A DNA stretch of 64,000 nucleotides from Eledone cirrhosa (lineage: Eukaryota), in NCBI GenBank assembly GCA_964016885.1, contig OZ024765.1, positions 7,068,001-7,132,000 on the forward strand. Direction: 5' to 3'. This document shows, in pieces, positions 1-13,638 of this stretch. The notes beneath the pieces were generated by a model, which had not been told where the DNA came from, searched no databases, and saw only the letters and a list, made by a program, of their open reading frames with translations. Position 1 is the stretch's first letter. Each line of letters opens with the position of its first letter. Position numbers and translations under genes: made by a program.

Positions 1-409
1 CTTTTGCCTAAGTAAGACATACTCACAGAATGTATCGATGTATATGTATGAATGTATATATATATATTAGTATATTTTATGTTTACAATAAAAATAGACA
101 AACAATTTAATGATAATATGAAATGAAATTATTATTATTTATTAATAATATTTTTATTGTTTTCACTGCATTAACTTGTGAGTGTGACTTTGTTTTTCTT
201 ACTATTTTCTACTGTAAATGGCGGCTTAATTGGATTATTACTAAGGTTTAATGGATTGTGGTGTTTCTTTATTGTTTTATATTTCAATCAGTGGACATCA
301 GGATAGCTTTCTATATACCTGGGATAAATGTAAAGAGTACTGACTTTCATCTGCAGTTCAATGGTGATGTCTTCTTATATTTTCATTTACTTCTGCAATA
401 CTGTATATT

Positions 410-900
410 GTAGTCTTTTCATTATTTTAAATATTTCTATCATGTCACTCGTTTGGTATATCTCCCCGAAAGATATAGTTATTCAGAGCTTTACATTGGA
501 ATAGTGTACTACTATTTAAATATTAGTCCTTTAAATATATATTTCTATCATGTGTCCCCCCCCCCCCCCCCACCTTCTTAGATTTATCTCCTCTAAATTT
601 GCAATCCCTAAAGTTTAACATCTTTCTTCAGAAGACAGATTTCTTAATAATTCTGGTGTTTTCTGTTTTGTTCTTTTCTGGATTCCTTCAATAGCTTCTC
701 CGTATTTTCTGAAGTCGTCTGACCATGCCCCAAAATAATATTCTAGGTCGTATCACACATATCATTCAACTAGTGTTTTAGACTTCTCGACATTTAGCTT
801 GGCAAAAGGAATGTTTTATTATTCCTATCATCTGAATTCCTTTTTTTTCTTCAACATGTTTAGCCATCTTTAAAATCATATTCATACATATTCACAATTC
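410..900 (-). pseudogene. Degenerate CR1/L2-type LINE RT C-terminal fragment
   Basis: Minus-strand remnants resemble HLEYC..AWSP..EGIQRR.TK and SDMIEIFKIMK, typical of the CR1/L2 ORF2 C-terminus. Confidence 0.65.
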
Positions 901-1834
901 CTCGTGGAGGGGTATAAGAGACATGTATAAATATAGCTGCATATTACTACAAAATAACTTGAACCATATCGCGAAACATTTTGTAAAGTATCTCTGTAAT
1001 TATTCTCATTTCGATTTTCTGGAGAATGTATTGACGTTTAAGATAGAGACAATTGCCCTTCTTCTAATAACCTCTTTGTCCATTCCATGTTTAGTCTCAC
1101 AAAATATTGTTAATGCAAGATTTTACTCTAATGTAATAAATGTTACTTTTAAAAGACCGAAGTTCTCAATTTTCTTCTTTCTCTTGTATATTGATATCTA
1201 AAGGATGACAACTGTATGAATTATGTGATAGGGAGGGGAAAAAAAAGCCACGACCTTCTTCTCTCGTTACAGAAGGCTAACTGACAACGTCTTTCGCAGG
1301 AGTGACTAGTACTACTGCCTTTTATATACCGTGACAACTGGAAAGACGTGACAAATAAGGATACACTCTGCTCTCCTTATCAACATTGTCCGAGTCTGAG
1401 GACCTTTCCTCCCTGGTTAAGGAGTGAGATAAAATATTAGGGATCAATCTCTAGCAATAATTTTTATCTAATTATTATCAAACAAAACAGATTTATATAT
1501 TGTCGCCGTTGTACGTTAACATCGCAAATATATTTATATACACACCAAGGATGGAGGGACGACGGAATTGAAAACAATTATTGCTGAGTACATCACGGCA
1601 AGATCTAATCTAATAGATACACACACTCTCCCGTATATATTTAATAATCAGCTATGACCATGAAGAAGGTCCCTGTAGATCATCTGGTTGTAGGATCTAA
1701 TGAACCCGAATGAAAGTGAAAATATATTTTATGAAAGCCCCAGAAGAATAAATGTAAACATTGACTCGATTATAGTAGAAATAAGAATGAGAAAGCCATG
1801 AACGCCATCACATCTATTTTGCTTGGAAATTGAA

Positions 1835-2562
1835 AGTAGGTTTATAAATATAAATTTTTTCTTATGTTCTTGTATCTGTTTCGTTGGCCTAATAGTAGGT
1901 GTTAGAGACTGATGTGGTGTTCAATCTCAGTCCGAATCTGTACTATATATTTAAAAATTTAAATTTTTCTCTAGTAAAGTAAAAAATGAAATTATTATCT
2001 ATAGACTTTGACTGAAATCGAAATCCAGAGCAGGTTCTCCACCGTCTCTAATACCTACCATTAGGCCACGGAGACCGATATAAAAACAGTGTGAAAATTA
2101 ATATTTATAAAGTTACTTTTTTATTTTTGTTTTATACTATAAAAGATATAATACGACACACTGCCAGTGATTGAACCCCGGACCTGGACCTCCACCGGCT
2201 ATTATACTTACCACTAAGCTAAAGGGACGGTTACAGAAACTTACTGAAAATTAATATTTATAAACCTACTTTTTCATTACTAGAAAAAACCGGAAGTGGA
2301 GAAAATTGAAAAACATCTTCTTTTTCTTCCTCTGATTTTTTTTTATCCAAAATTTGGATTTAAGTCAGAGACGAGTTATCGTTCGTGGCAAAAATCAGAG
2401 GAAGAAAAAGAAGAAGTTTTTCAATTTTCTCCACTTCCGGTTTTTTCTAGTATAGGTAAGTAAATATTAATTTTCAAAAAATTTTTGTAACCGTCCCTGT
2501 GGCCTAATGGTAAGCACTAGAGACGGTGGAGATCCTGATTTAGGGTTCGATTTCCGTTAGGT
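1835..2562. ncRNA. Array of four tRNA-like Pol III cassettes around a hairpin (copy A)
   Basis: Units at ~1835-1933(+), 2008-2120(-), 2160-2272(-), 2453-2562(+). Each has an A-box like TGGCCTAATGG, a B-box like GGTTCGAT and upstream AAGTAGGTTTATAAATATTAATTTTC-like sequence. No canonical cloverleaf. Confidence 0.55.
2280..2450. repeat. Inverted repeat/hairpin with ~60-bp arms
   Basis: CTAGAAAAAACCGGAAGTGGAGAAAATTGAAAAAC...GTTTTTCAATTTTCTCCACTTCCGGTTTTTTCTAG. Confidence 0.9.
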
Positions 2563-4909
2563 TTTATACTAATAACTGCGTATTTGTTTCTTTTATTAAG
2601 TAAGATTTGAACTAATAATGCTGTACTTTGTAGTAATGTCCCATATTATATTCAACATATTTTAATTAACATTTTTTTTTTTTATAAAAGAAAGAACAAA
2701 AAACCTTATTGAAATTAAGAAATAAATTTTATTCAGTAAAGTTGTTTTTATTTTGTTTTCACTTCATTAACTGCTGAATACGTCTTTTGTTTTTGTTTTT
2801 GATTCTTTCTAACCATTGTTTACTGTGAATGGTGACTGCAACGAACCTGGATTATTACCAAGTTTCACTGGATGATTGTATTATTTTGTTGTCAGTGGAC
2901 ATCTGGACATCTATCTAAATACCTGGAATAAACACAAGGTGTGTGTTTTACGTAACATTTCATTTTAATGTCTGATGTTCCTGTATTTCACATTTAAAAT
3001 GTAACCAAAAATAAACAAGACAGGGACGCTACATCAAAATAAACCACACAGACGAGGTACGAATAATCTAAAATTAATTTTAACAAACTATAAACGATGT
3101 TTAAAGAGAGACGAACATTAAAATAGGATTTCAAACAAACACGTAAACACAAAGACAATTACAGCCGCTATAATCTAATATCTGAAGATCAACATTTTTC
3201 ACGATAGAAATAAAACTAAATATGTAAAGTTTAGTGGCCCCTGATTTACTTGCTTTTAATTTCATTTTGATAATCTGTATTCTGTAGACATATATTTATG
3301 ATTTTAATGATGAAATTTCCTCTTGTCTTTAAAAGATTATTACTTATAAAAATTATAATAGTCACCTCCTCCTCTCGATTAATATATAGCATCATTCGAG
3401 GTAGCTTACCCACAGGGGTTCCTCAACTGGGCGGTTTCAACTGTTGGGTGGGCGATGAGCAGCTGAACAGAAAATTGAGGGCCATTGGAAACTTTGGTGG
3501 CCGATATAGAATTTTGAGATTTAAGAAGGTATGCTAGCCGAAAACCTATTCAAGGAATATATGCAAAGAACCTGAATAAAAATCAGGAAGCTAATTGGGA
3601 AAATTAAACCAGGAACAAACATTTACGAAACATATTTGGTATACTTTGGAATATTTACTATACAGGTGGCTGGTGGAACATTTTTTCATGTGAATGTGGG
3701 AAATGACGCCAAAATATTTGGCAACCCTTGGCTTACACCTTACTAAATGTTCTGGAGACAAGCCTCTTCGCTATATATCATAGTTCTTCAATCCTTCATC
3801 TTCCACAGTTGGTGAAGTATTTCGATTTGATATGACGATCGCAGAGTTAGATTTAGGACGTGGTGGCGTTCATGGGTTTCTTAGTGTTGTTACTAGAAAG
3901 GGTCGACTGTCTTTCACACTTCAGGTTTTTTCATGAATTAAATATCCATTTTCTTTCCTATCGGTCTAACAATGATTTGAACCTACAATGACTCCGTCTG
4001 TAATAATGTTCTCTTATTTGAAATATGCCATACCTAACTCCCGTGTCTGTGTGTGTGAAAAATATTCCAACTTAGAGCGACATGCCCGTAAATTGTTTAG
4101 CCTGATTCCTATATATAGATAATGTGTAATATTTCAACCTTCATGGAGGGTCTTTGCCGTAATTTCCCGTAACTCCGACTAGAAGTCATTATGTAGTTTT
4201 TTCGTCCGTTAAAAATAATGATTAAAACAATTCTATATCCACAGTTATATACACCTCTTCATCACATATATTATTTCCACCAATAACTACATTATATCCT
4301 TAAATATGACACCAAGACATATAATTTGTAAATAAAAGATAAAATATTAAAACCTCAATTTTTAAATAATTTTACTCCACCTTTGTGTTCTCAGTGTTTA
4401 GATTAACCCATAATTTTTATGATTTGGGAGCATATAACTTATAGTACCAGTCATGTACTGGGATCAATTTAACGGATTGGTTCCTCCCCGCAAATTACTT
4501 GACTTTTGCCTAAGTAAGACATACTCACAGAATGTATCGATGTATATGTATGAATGTATATATATATATTAGTATATTTTATGTTTACAATAAAAATAGA
4601 CAAACAATTTAATGATAATATGAAATGAAATTATTATTATTTATTAATAATATTTTTATTGTTTTCACTGCATTAACTTCTGAGTGTGACTTTGGTTTTC
4701 TTACTATTTTCTACTGTAAATGGCGGCTTAATTGGATTATTACTAAGGTTTACTGGATTGTGGTGTTTCTTTATTGTTTTATATTTCAATCAGTGGACAT
4801 CAGGATAGCTTTCTATATACCTGGGATAAATGTAAAGAGTACTGACTTTCATCTGCAGTTCAATGGTGATGTCTTCTTATATTTTCATTTACTTCTGCAA
4901 TACTGTATA

Positions 4910-6090
4910 TTGTAGTCTTTTCATTATTTTAAATATTTCTATCATGTCACTCGTTTGATATATCTCCCCGAAAGATATAGTTATTCAGAGCTTTACATTG
5001 GAATAGTGTACTACTATTTAAATATTAGTCCTTTAAATATATATTTCTATCATGTGTCCCCACCCTCTTAGATTTATCTCCTCTAAATTTCCAATCCCTA
5101 AAGTTTAACATCTTTCTTGAGAAGACAGATTTGTTAATAATTCTGGTGTTTTCTGTTTTGTTCTCTGGATTCCTTCAATAGCTTCTCCGTATTTTCTGAA
5201 GTCCTGTGACCATGCCCCAAAACAATATTCTAGGTGGTATCATACATATCATTCAACTATCATTTAGTATATTGTATTATACCGTTGAAAATGTTAATTG
5301 TCCTTCTGAAATAAATCAGTTTGTCTCCAAATGATTCGTATTGTTGTTTCCTCCATTCGACGTATCCCGTCACAAACTCTGACGTTTCTACAACATTTCC
5401 AAACATTAATACAACATTAGCTCTAATGAAATAGATGGGACTTTTTAAACACTGACATTTTCATTTGGCTTCTTTCTAATAGATATAAAAGTGTATGTGA
5501 TAGGAGAGAAAAACTACGATCTTCTTTCGACGTTGTAGGAGGTTTATATATATATTAATTTTCATTTTCTTGCCCAATTCTGTATTTTGAAGTCCTTTCA
5601 TTATTTTAAATATTTCTATCATGGCACTCGTTTGATTAATCTCCTCCAAAGTTGTAATTCTAAGTGTTTGTCCCTGGTATAGTGAACTAATGTTGATATT
5701 TTCAAGTCTTGACATTTCTATGGAATAGTGTACTAATATTTAAATAGTCTTCATATTTTTATCCTGTCTCCCCTAAGATTTATCTCCTAAATTTACAAAA
5801 GCTTCTCATTTCTTTCACAAGATAGATCTTTAAATAATTATAGTGTTTTCTGTTTTCTTCTCTGGGTTGCTTCAAGAGCCTCACCATTTTTTCGGATGTC
5901 GGTTGACCATGGCCCAAAACAATATTCTCAGTGGTATCACATATTCATGTAGAGTTTTAGATTTTTCAGCATTTAGCTAGGAAAAAGAATGTTTTATTAT
6001 TTCTATTATCCGTCTCGCTGTTTTGCTTCAACATGGTTAGCCATCTTTCAATTCATATTCATAGATATTCACAATTCTTCCGTGAGGGTA
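4910..6090 (-). pseudogene. Two tandem degenerate CR1/L2 LINE fragments
   Basis: Same motifs twice (~4910-5260 and ~5590-6090); ORF 5476..5715 contains SAMIEIFKIMKGL. Confidence 0.65.
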
Positions 6091-6188
6091 TAAGAAGCTC
6101 GTTATTTGCTCAACATTCGATACCAAAACATGCTTCGTATTCATAACTTCGTTGTACGAATATAATAATTAAAGTATATATACAAGCC

Positions 6189-6228
<40 letters not shown>

Positions 6229-7058
6229 GCTTATTAACTCTTTCCCGAAACATTTATTTCTTCAAAATAAGGTAAGATATATCCCGAAAAATATTATATG
6301 GTGTCTCAATAATTATTCCATTTCAATCAATTTCTCATTTCAGTTTTCTTTAGAAATGTCTTGGCGTTGAAGATACATACATTTGTCCTTCTCATAGTAA
6401 TTAGCTTGTCTCAAAATTGTTCGTATTGTTTCCATGTTTAGTGTCACAAACTATCGTTAATTCAAGATTTTCCTCTAATGTAATAAATGTTACTTTTAAA
6501 AGACCGAAGCTCTCAATTTTTTTCTTTCTCTTGTATATTGATATCTAAAGAATAACAAATGTATGTAATAGGAGAAAAAAACGACGGCCTTCTTCCCTCG
6601 CTATAGAAGGCTAACTGACAAGTACCCGGCAACGGTGAGCATCACGTGTTTAGTGATGGTCACCTATTACTTCCTTTTATATACCATGTTAACTGGAAAG
6701 ACTTGCCAAGTATGGATACCCTCTCTCCTTATCAATATTGCCCGAGTCCGAGGACATTTTCTCCTTGGTTAAGGAGTGAGATAAAATATTAGGGATCAAT
6801 CTCTAGCAATAATTTAATTAAATTATATTTAACCAAAACTGTTATGTCGTGTTTGTTGTTTTATTTTATAGTCGTGGTTTCAAGGTTTATCAGGGGTTGT
6901 AGAATTAGTTTCATCTAATTATTATCAAACAGAAATTATGTACATATTGTCGTTGTACGTTGAAATCACATATATACATTTATATACACACCTAGGATGG
7001 AGGGAAGACAGAATTGAAAACCATTATTGCTGAGCACAATATTGCAGGATCAAATCTA

Positions 7059-7089
<31 letters not shown>

Positions 7090-7264
7090 ATAATAATAAT
7101 CAGGTATGACCATTGATGAATGTCCCTGCAGATCATCAGGTTGTAGGATGAAATCAACCCTAGAGAAATGATAAATTATATGAAGGTATATTTTATGAAA
7201 GTGAACCATTTTGAAATCATTGGGAATGCGATAAACGCCACTACATCAATTTTTCTATAAAATA

Positions 7265-8098
7265 GAAAGTAGGTTTATAAATATTAATTTTGATAGTATT
7301 TTCGTATCTGTCTCTGTCGTCGTAGTGGTAGGTGTGGAGACAGTAGAGGGGCTGGTCTGGGGTTCAGTCTCAATCAAGAATCTCTCGAAAAATTTAATTT
7401 TTTTTATTTTTCATAAAATGAAGAAAAAAATAGCGGTGGAAGGAATCTGACTGAGATCGAACCCTAGACAAGGATCTCCACCGCCTCTAATAACTACCAC
7501 TAGTCCACGGAGACGGTTATAAAAGCTCATTGAAAATTAATATTTATAAACCTACTTTTTCAATTTTTTATAAAAACAAAATTTCTGTACAAGGTTTTTA
7601 GTGACAGAGATTGAACCCCTAACCAGTATCACCACTGTCTCTAGTATTTACCAGTACGCCACTGGGACGGTTACGAAATCGTAGTGAAAATTAATATTTA
7701 TAAACTTACTTTTTAATGGTTTTTATTTTAGAAGAAGTAAACTAAACATTAATAATACCCGTAGAACCTGACAGAGATCGAATCCAAGACCAAGATTTCA
7801 CCGTTTCTAATACATACCATTAGGCCAGAGGGACTGTACGAATTCGTAGCATATTTATTGTTGCTCTTTATGGAAAATACAGAAACCGGAAGTGAAAAAA
7901 TTGAAAATCTTTGGTCAAAATTCAGGCGAACTTTTTTTAAACAAAAGGATTTTTTTTGTAAATAAACTTGAAATTTTTGCCAAGAAACATAACTCTTGCC
8001 TGACTTAAACGCAAAAATTGATGCAAAAATTTTGCGTGTGCAACTTATAGGGACTGTACGAATTCGTTCTGAAAATTAATATTTATAAAACTACACTT
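7265..8098. ncRNA. Array of tRNA-like Pol III cassettes (copy B)
   Basis: Units at ~7265-7378(+), 7447-7558(-), 7601-7712(-), 7767-7858(-), plus a partial unit at ~8050-8098. Same A/B boxes and upstream element as copy A. Confidence 0.55.
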
Positions 8099-9530
8099 TG
8101 TTCGGTTGAAAACTCGGTGTAGTGGCGTTCATGGCTTTGTCGGGACGTCCTTGAATTCATCCCGACAGAGGAGAATTCATAAAGTAAATCTAGACTTTAT
8201 TTCTCATTGCTCTAGGCTTGATTTGAACCTACAACGACTCCGTCTGCAATAATGTCATACGGCATTCCAGCTTAGTACGTCCTACCCGTAAATTGTTAAA
8301 CGTGATTCCTATATATATACATGCAAGTAAGATTTGAACCTACAATGCTGTGCTTAATTTCTATTAATAAGTGTGTTTTATAAAAGAAAGTAAAGAAACA
8401 ATTTAATGAAAGTAAAAAAATTATTTTATTCAGTAATGTTTTTTCTTATATGTATTCACCTCATTAACTGCTGAATAGTTCTCTTGTTTGTTCTTAACAT
8501 TGTTTACTGTACATGGCGACTGTGACGAGACTGGATTATTACCAACTTTTACTGGATGATGGCATTTCCTTATTGTATTATTTTGTTGTCAGTGGACATC
8601 TCTCCAAATACCTGGAATAAACATATGGTGTGTCTTTTACGTAACATTTCATTTAATATCTGATGTTCCAATGGATCACTTTTAAAATAAAACCAATAAA
8701 CAGGACAAGTAGACTCCATAGAGATGAGATACGAATAATCTAAAATTAATTTTTTAAAAAAGATAATGTTTAAAGAAAGACAAACATTAAAAAAGGATTT
8801 CCAACAAACACGTAAAGACAAAGACGATCACATCCACAATTTAATATCTGAAGATCAACATTTTTCACGATATAAATAAAACTAAATATGTAAAGTTAAG
8901 TGACTTCTCATTTATTTGCTCTAACTTTATTTTACTAATCTGTATTCTGTAGACATATATTTTCGTTGGTGTACATTACGATTTCGTTGATGAAAGTTTT
9001 CACTCATCTTTAGATCTTTATTTCTTATAAAAGTTATAATACTCACCTCTTCCTGTTATATTTTCATATATACATATATATATTTACTTTTACCTGGAGT
9101 TTCGACCGACAGATAGTATTAGCAATTGGAAAGACCAATGGAAATATTGTTTCCTCGCTCCGATTTGACGAATGTCGATATATATATACATTCATATTTA
9201 CTCACTTCTATGTAAATATACATACATATATATTAAAAACACATACCATATACCATCATAAGAACGATTGACTAACCATCAGGACACATACTTGCTCATG
9301 TGAGAATTTTCACAGAGACACTTACGAAAACCGAACTTGCAACGCCACGTACACTTACATACACACATACGTACATACACATATAGAACGGGTATGACTT
9401 ATATAGGTACATCAAAGTTTAGGTTTCGCTAGTGTACCATTTGAGGTAGTTAGAAAGAAGTACCAGTGTAGTACTGGGGTCGATTCTTCTATATCTCTTT
9501 TTCAATTCCTTTCTAACAATATATTTAAGA

Positions 9531-11130
9531 AATGAAGGTAAAGAGATATGTTTACATTAATATAGATGTATGATACTTTCATATTTAATACGTAAGATGT
9601 GACAATATGTTGAATTGTCAGAACTTAAGACAAACTGGACAATGAATGACAGCTTCAAGACATCTAGCTGTTAAAACAAACGTTGATTAATGTTTCTAGC
9701 TTAAATATAATAATGTTGTTTCTGCATCTTTACACAGGTAATCAGTAATGAATTTATCACAATAAAGACCAGTTATAAATTATAATCGACCATTTAACAG
9801 ACCCGTGTACGAAACAATGGCTGACATTGAACAACTTTGTGTTTAACACTATTTCAGGGGAAATAACTCTATTTTTGTTGACCGTATATACTTACTCTAT
9901 TTTTAATATATTTTCTTTTATCTGTGATGTTAAAATTTCATTCGGATTAAAAAATGATTACAAACTGTTCACAATTCCATCAGAATGAAAATATAAACGC
10001 ATACAGCAAATACAATTAACCATTGCTAGGAACCTCACCAAAATACACGATGAGAGTGAAAGAAAGAGAAATGAAAATTAAAAAAAGTGGAGTGATAAAA
10101 ACAAAATCTACCATCAATTCACTGCCAAATGCGACAATCTATCCCACATCACAAGTGTCAAAGGAAATGTTTAAAGTAAGCCAATATGCTGGCAGCATTA
10201 GCACAGGTGATGGCGTGGCTAAGGCGCTAGAACAACCCAGCACCTTCAAAGGCATCAACTGACACAACAGTAAGTCAAGGCTAAGGGGCAGGAACAATTC
10301 GTTACCCTCAATGGTATTACCTGACACCTTGGTAAGGCAAGGCTAAGGTGCAAGAACAACTCAGCGCCCTCATGGGTATCACCTGACACGTTGAGCGACC
10401 AGCAATGACAAGTATTTCGCCGTCAGCAGCCCAGCTCCTCAAAACGTATTAAATACCACAGGCTGGAAGAAATAATTGTCCAATAGTTCCCAGTAATTTA
10501 GGATTTTATTCCATTAGGCAACGGAAGCAGTGACCCTTACATTTACCACAGCACCCATGATGTGGGATGGAGCAAAAATATCAGACTGTAGCGCCCCAGA
10601 TAAGACACCTGCCTCTTACCCAGGGACATAGTGTAAGGCCATCTGGTCTCTTCTCATCATTTCTGGATAATGCAGCCAGCTCCAGAACAGAGGGGATATT
10701 TACCCGAGCTAGTGCCTATATAATAATCAGACAAAGCAACCTGCCTTCAGGTGGCAAGACAAAGCTTGGTGGCTCAGCACCATAAAAACTGACTTTAGAC
10801 CTTTTTTTTTAGCACATAATTGCTTGCCACTTTCATGTTAATTTCATAAGCAGGCTGTTCTGTTGATCAAACAACTGGGATACTTGATGAAACTGGTATA
10901 GGTCCATACTCCTGCTACATTGATATGGTTTGGGAGTGTGAAGGTGAAAGAAACCTCTTACAGCATCATCATACTTTTTGTCTACCTTTCCATGATTAAA
11001 TACATTGGACAGGTCTTTTCCAGCACTTCTTTCCTGCTACTGCATTCCTTTGTTAGGTTCAGTATTTCAGGTTCAACTTCCACCAGTTCTGCCCAGGTCT
11101 TCCTCTACTGTAGCTTCCTTTCACTGCGAA
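9531..11130 (-). mobile_element. CRE-clade-like non-LTR retrotransposon 3' fragment (RLE endonuclease) plus shared downstream flank, copy 1
   Basis: Minus strand ~10420-10960 reads ..[44 protein letters not shown].., the RPDG restriction-like endonuclease motif of CRE-type elements. The block recurs at ~17827-19350. Confidence 0.65.
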
Positions 11131-11961
11131 ATCACAACATATAACATACTCTAATATCTATTAAAATTCTTCTTGTAAACAAATATTACTTTCATTTCTT
11201 TAAATCTTGACTGTATTTCGATACAAAGATAAGGAAAACCAACAAAAACAAAATATGAAAAACCAACACAGAATAATACAGATTCTTATAAATTTTAACA
11301 ATATTTAATTTTCAAAAACCTCACAAGGTACTTGGTGGGGTTTTACTCTTGAAATAACTATCAACACTTCAAGCAAGAAATTAAAGAAAAAACTGTTCAT
11401 TTTAAAAAAGTTAATTTTTTCTTTGCTTTCTTTTCTCCAGATAAATTTTAATAAAATAACGTTCAGCAGAATTGATTGAAGTAGGAGAAAGAGAGGGGGA
11501 CAGGTAAAGACAGGAGAGTGAGAGGGGAGATAAGTTGAATAGGAAGGGGGAGGGACAGACAGGAAGGTGAGTGGTAGCGGGAGAAGAGGAAGTGGATGGC
11601 AGGAGGAGTTTGATAATCTTCTACAAGTTATAGATCACCAAAATCTTAATCATCAACATTTCATGTCTAATTTCCCTGCTAGCAAGAGTTGGACGGGTTT
11701 TCAGACAAACTCAGTACTAACGTGGACCTACTGACTTCCCAGATTGGCCAGGGATCAGCATCTCACTTATATAGGTTACAAAATTTTACTGAGTGTATTT
11801 TTTTGTGTCAGCATCATGAGAGAGGTTGTAATGTCTTTGAAATAACTGAAGGATCCTCTTTGTTTGACCAGCTTTCTACAACTGGATTCACTTTGTATCA
11901 ACAAGTTTAAAGCATGTAGTGGCTGCATTTATCAAGTACATGACAAACGTTAGAAAGGCTG

Positions 11962-12933
11962 TCACGCTGTTGAGTCAACTGGAGTATTCCCTCTTGTATA
12001 AATACATTTGTGAACAGTAAATTCACTACTCCGAGAGAATGATTTACCACAGATATCACAGTGATATGGTATTTCCCCTGTATGTATATGTGTGTGAACA
12101 GTCAAGTCTTTACTTACAGAGAATGATTTACCACATATATCACAGTGATATGGTTTCTCTCCTGTATGTGTACGTGTGTGACGAGTCAATTCAGCACTTC
12201 GAGAGAATGATTTATCACAAATATCACAATGATATGGTTTCTCTCCTGTATGTGTACGTATATGAACAGTCAATTCACCACTTTGAGAGAATGATTTACA
12301 ACAGATGTCACAGTGATATGGTTTCTCTCCTGTATGTGTACGTGAATGAATAATCAAGTTATTACTTGTAGAGAATGATTTACTGCAGATATCACAGTGA
12401 TATGGTCTCTCTCCTGTATGTGTACGTGTGTGAACAGTCAATTTATTACTTGTAGAGAATGATTTACCGCAGATATCACAGTGATATGGTTTCTCTCCTG
12501 TATGTATACGTTTATGAGTAGTTAAGTGACTATTTTCACAGAATGATTTACTACAGATATCACAGTGATATGGTTTCTCTCCTGTATGAATACGTTTATG
12601 AGTATTTAAATTCCTATTTTCAGAGAATGATTTACCACAGATATCACAGTGATATGGTTTCACTCCTGTATGAATGCGCAGATGAGCATTGAAGTTACTT
12701 CTTTTAGAAAATGATTTATCACAGATATCACAATGATATGGTGTCTCTCCTGTGTGTGTACGTGTATGAGAAGTCAGGTTAGCTCTTCCAGAGAATGATT
12801 TACCACAGATATCAAAGCGATATGGTTTCTCTTCTGTATTAACACACTTGTGAAGAGTTAAGTTATGTTTTTTAGAGAATGACTTTTTACAGATATTGCA
12901 GTAGTATGGTGATTTCTCTTGTCCATTTGCCAT
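11962..12933 (-). CDS. Tandem C2H2 zinc-finger protein (11 repeats, 8 with intact C2H2 ligands)
   Basis: 323-aa ORF of YHCDICxKSFS...HxRxHTGEKP repeats. Possible splice acceptors upstream (~12942, ~13313), so the true start is uncertain. Confidence 0.9.
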   Translation of the reverse strand: MANGQEKSPYYCNICKKSFSKKHNLTLHKCVNTEEKPYRFDICGKSFSGRANLTSHTRTHTGETPYHCDICDKSFSKRSNFNAHLRIHTGVKPYHCDICGKSFSENRNLNTHKRIHTGEKPYHCDICSKSFCENSHLTTHKRIHTGEKPYHCDICGKSFSTSNKLTVHTRTHTGERPYHCDICSKSFSTSNNLIIHSRTHTGEKPYHCDICCKSFSQSGELTVHIRTHTGEKPYHCDICDKSFSRSAELTRHTRTHTGEKPYHCDICGKSFSVSKDLTVHTHIHTGEIPYHCDICGKSFSRSSEFTVHKCIYTRGNTPVDSTA

Positions 12934-13638
12934 CTCCTCACCTAAAATGTATTCAGGTAAGTCTTAAATTCTTTTGTACCAACATTACCTCTTTTTTATA
13001 ATTTATTCTTAAGAAATATCCTTTCTGCTATATTTCCATCAACTTTGATCTTGATGTCAAAAGATGTTACAAACTCCTTTGTAATTTATCCAAGTTTAGT
13101 CACAATACAAAGTCAACTTCAACACATTCCAGACAGTAAAGTAGAGAAATGTTGGAATTAATCTCAGTTGAAATGAAATAGTTCACAGTAATTTACAGAT
13201 TTAATAAATCGACAAGGTCATATGTGTTCTGTATAGTCTTTAAAACATGAGAAATAAATATTGATGTTTTTGGTATAGAAAATACTTTAATGTTGATGTC
13301 ATCTAATATTCTGAAATAATAGAGAAACAGTATAAGATATTCAGGATATTTAAAGCTGGTTTAAAGTGTTTATGTTTATCTAACATATAAAATAGTGGTT
13401 ATCAACCTTATTTTACCTATGGACCTCTTTGATTCTTATTTTACTATGGTGGACCCCCATAGTAATTTGATGTTTAAAAAATCCTGTTTAAAGTGTTTAT
13501 ATTTATCTAACATATAGAAGATATATAAAATATAGTGATTCAAACTTGAGATTTTTACTATATTTCTACATTAATAAATTGTAGATATAAATGAACAATT
13601 GAACTAATCCAATTCAATCTTCCAAGACATATATGCAG

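Larger units (their letters stand above)
1..9050. repeat. Modular tandem/segmental duplication (two related macro-units)
   Basis: 1-~770 is near-identical to 4503-~5255; ~985-1740 resembles ~6330-7200; ~1797-2330 resembles ~7230-7910; ~2610-3370 resembles ~8345-9050; ~3860-4115 resembles ~8118-8320. Module order differs between the copies. Confidence 0.9.

Noticed and set aside
2280-2450. Parvovirus/densovirus-like terminal hairpin
   Set aside because: No NS1/Rep, capsid or polymerase ORF remnant was recognisable nearby.
1835-7858. Bona fide tRNA genes
   Set aside because: A/B boxes are present but acceptor and anticodon stems do not form; reported as tRNA-like cassettes instead.
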